Assembly (NCBI RefSeq): GCF_001194135.2
Contig: NC_068994.1
Location: 3,409,751 to 3,473,750 of the forward strand
Length of the DNA: 64,000 nucleotides
Direction of reading: 5' to 3'
Source: Octopus bimaculoides
Taxonomy: Eukaryota
Shown in pieces: positions 62,535-64,000 of the stretch. Below the pieces are notes generated by a model that saw nothing but the letters and a program-made list of their open reading frames with translations, was not told where the DNA came from and made no database searches. The position numbers and the translations under genes were made by a program. Numbering within the stretch: the first letter of the stretch is position 1; every line of letters begins with the position of its first letter.

Positions 62535-62599
<65 letters not shown>

Positions 62600-63516
62600 A
62601 CCCAGTGTAAGTTATGGATGCATATGAGATGTAGTGGAATTGCAATCATATTGGCAGAAGGTAGGTCTGAACGTGACAGATTCAATAAAACAATGTGCAT
62701 GGCGTGTGTGATGAGTAACTGCATAGACAAACAGATTCTCCTAAATGCCTGTTTGGTTCACTATAGGTAGTCAATAGTTTCTGTTATTTAGGAGAAAAAA
62801 TTAGCAGGAGGGATGGTTTCAAGCTCTTAAAACATAAGTAGCAAGGGTAAAAGTAGATTAGAAAAAGATCAGGGAGATTCTATCGCTGCTGGCAATAAAG
62901 TTTTTTTTTCCCCCCCTCAGAGTGAAGGACATATTGTATGATGCCTGTGTTAAAACTATGATGTTGTATAATAGTGAAACGTGGGCTATGAATGCAGAAG
63001 ACTTGCAAAGGATAGAAAGAAATGAGGCAAGCATGTTCTGATGGATGTGTAATGTGAGTATGCATGAATGCCAAGGAAGGAATGAGAGAGGTGGGGAGAG
63101 GAATGATAATTTTGAATTGTGTCATCCTAAATACAGTCTGAATAAAGGAAGATATGAGATGGTCACAGTTGAAACATCTTTGATCATAGATCTGTGAAAT
63201 CAGAGCTAACTTGGGTCAAACAACAGCTTCAAGTTTCAGGGAGGGGAATACAAGAGAAAGGGTCCAAAGGATGGGATAGGGTGAGAAAAGGTAGATAAGT
63301 TGAAGTAATGCAAATCTCCATATACATACCTTCACCTCTGCAGATAGCCACCGGGATTGGGTGGTAGTTGTGGGCACCATATTTATTCTCTTTCTCAAAA
63401 AAAGTTTGGGATTTCTCACCAATTACATTTTTGGTAATTGTAGCTGATACGGCAGGCTGGGTGTGGGCAGCTCGGTAGAGCCGGGTGCTGGCCTGTTGGA
63501 CAAACTTTCGGAGCAT
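53715..63516 (-). CDS. OAT: Ornithine aminotransferase, mitochondrial (class III PLP aminotransferase); 7 coding exons, 1311 nt, 436 aa
   Basis: join(63516-63330, 59120-58896, 57789-57566, 57227-57055, 56456-56378, 55843-55591, 53884-53715). All introns GT-AG with consistent phases. Motifs [46 protein letters not shown] (PLP lysine), [18 protein letters not shown]-terminus is Arg-rich and acid-free, like a transit peptide. Confidence 0.97.
55006..55545 (-). mobile_element. Internally deleted mariner (Tc1/mariner) element in OAT intron 6
   Basis: About 29-bp imperfect TIRs (TGAGGTCTGACCAAAAACTATCAGGACTG / reverse complement TGAGTTCTGATCAAAAATATCGGGACTG) flanked by TA on both sides. The minus strand encodes the transposase remnants [13 protein letters not shown] and [20 protein letters not shown]. 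Confidence 0.88.
55591..55843 (-). CDS. OAT: OAT coding exon 6 (VSAILADDE...VIDA)
   Basis: tttcacAG| acceptor and A|GTAAGT donor; 253 nt. Confidence 0.95.
56088..56180 (+). mobile_element. tRNA-like SINE head, additional family
   Basis: A-box TGGCGTAGTGG, B-box GAGTTCAATTCC, no acceptor stem, (AAT)n tail. Confidence 0.55.
56378..56456 (-). CDS. OAT: OAT coding exon 5 ([26 protein letters not shown]; PLP lysine), not in the ORF track
   Basis: Translated by hand. ttattttAG| acceptor and CCG|GTAAGT donor; 79 nt restores phase 0. Confidence 0.93.
57055..57227 (-). CDS. OAT: OAT coding exon 4 (EHIKDPN...ARTG-R)
   Basis: tttccAG| acceptor and AG|GTACGT donor; 173 nt. Confidence 0.93.
57566..57789 (-). 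CDS. OAT: OAT coding exon 3 ([10 protein letters not shown]...LAALE)
   Basis: ttttacAG| acceptor and GAG|GTAAAA donor; 224 nt. Confidence 0.95.
57880..58420 (-). mobile_element. Degenerate Penelope-like element fragment (GIY-YIG endonuclease region) in OAT intron 2
   Basis: [21 protein letters not shown]...YISQTIG...LTDQFM*HL...VSCHF resembles the PLE GIY-YIG pattern FTC..N.IY..YIGQT..L..RF.EH. A related ~110-bp segment recurs at about 59625-59740. Confidence 0.6.
58455..58648 (+). mobile_element. Retroposon family C copy in OAT intron 2
   Basis: TTAGGAAGGGCATCCAGGC...CCATGCCAGC...GTTAAATGATGATGATGATG. Confidence 0.72.
58686..58830 (-). mobile_element. SINE family A fragment in OAT intron 2
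   Basis: Reverse complement matches the family A head/body (AGAAGACACTTGC, TCACTCACAA). Confidence 0.7.
58896..59120 (-). CDS. OAT: OAT coding exon 2 (GIYVWDVEG...PMNT-G)
   Basis: ttgacAG| acceptor and G|GTAAGT donor; 225 nt. Confidence 0.95.
62296..62594 (+). repeat. (TG)n microsatellite spanning an N gap (62352-62534)
   Basis: The TG run followed by GCTGTACCC appears on both sides of the gap, possibly the same sequence assembled twice. Confidence 0.85.
62917..63080 (+). mobile_element. RTE-clade LINE fragment in OAT intron 1
   Basis: [47 protein letters not shown] is typical of the RTE post-RT region. Confidence 0.75.
63330..63516 (-). CDS. OAT: OAT coding exon 1 (MLRKFVQQ...CRGE-G)
   Basis: Acceptor AG at 63522-63521 (so a non-coding exon lies upstream), ATG at 63516, donor G|GTATGT. 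Confidence 0.93.
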
Positions 63517-63715
63517 GATTCTGTGAAAGGAAAATAAATAAAGATCAAAATAAAACAAAGAGAAATATTGAGTTCTTGGATAAATCCATTTGTTTTTGGG
63601 GTTTTTTTTTCCCAAAAGTTTGCTTCCTTGTCAAACCATCCAACCCAAACCAGCGAGGAATATGGACATTGAATGATGATAATGAGGAGGATGTGTGTAT
63701 GTGTGTATGTATGTA

Positions 63716-63794
<79 letters not shown>

Positions 63795-63821
63795 ATATAT
63801 ATATATATTATTATGATTGAC

Positions 63822-64000
63822 CGTTGACTGAACACTATTCAATTTTTTTTCTCCGTGTTTTTCTCCTTGTCTCCGTATTCTTTCTGTTGAAGAGCGTAGC
63901 TCGAAACGTCAAAGACTTTCCGTATTCCCGAGCGTCATACTAATATATACTTTTGTTATTTACACCACCTGTCCTCGTCTGTTGTTATTTTTTGTATATT
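63822..64000 (+). mobile_element. Penelope-type terminal repeat with a hammerhead-like motif (truncated by the window end)
   Basis: CTGTTGAAGAGCGTAGCTCGAAACGTCAAAGA at 63884-63915, the TGAAGA...CGAAACGT signature of PLE termini. Confidence 0.55.

Noticed and set aside
62107-62770. Long HT/CV/YI-repeat ORFs (also at 2177, 6951, 16382, 35663, 38094, 63423 and others)
   Set aside because: Translations of (CA)n/(TA)n microsatellites and N gaps.

Overview
AT-rich, microsatellite-dense metazoan genomic DNA with five N gaps. It is not prokaryotic. The SINE/RTE/CR1/Penelope repeat content and clustered single-coding-exon C2H2 genes suggest a coleoid cephalopod (octopus-like); this is inferred without a database search. 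Gene order: <-ZNF1 (2.7-4.6 kb), ZNF2-> (18.9-20.5 kb), orphan 345-aa membrane-protein ORF-> (25.8-26.8 kb), <-ZNF3 (30.4-31.5 kb), two tRNA-Lys(CTT) copies (39.3-39.9 kb, one defective), ZNF4-> (49.0-50.8 kb), <-ornithine aminotransferase (OAT; 7 coding exons, 436 aa, 53.7-63.5 kb). The rest is at least four SINE-like families, LINE and Penelope fragments, a deleted mariner, hAT-type MITEs, fold-back repeats and micro/minisatellites. Best leads: (1) ZNF1 and ZNF2 are KRAB-less, head-to-head paralogues sharing an atypical first finger, near-uniform Q(-1)/H(+3) recognition helices and a C-terminal NSYxWxRGFP...VFPC motif hidden from the ORF track by a gap-induced frame change; (2) the orphan ORF; (3) alternating recognition helices and fossil fingers in ZNF4; (4) a hammerhead-like fold with a non-canonical core in a Penelope-type terminus. 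Repeat boundaries were read by eye and are approximate (about 10-30 nt).
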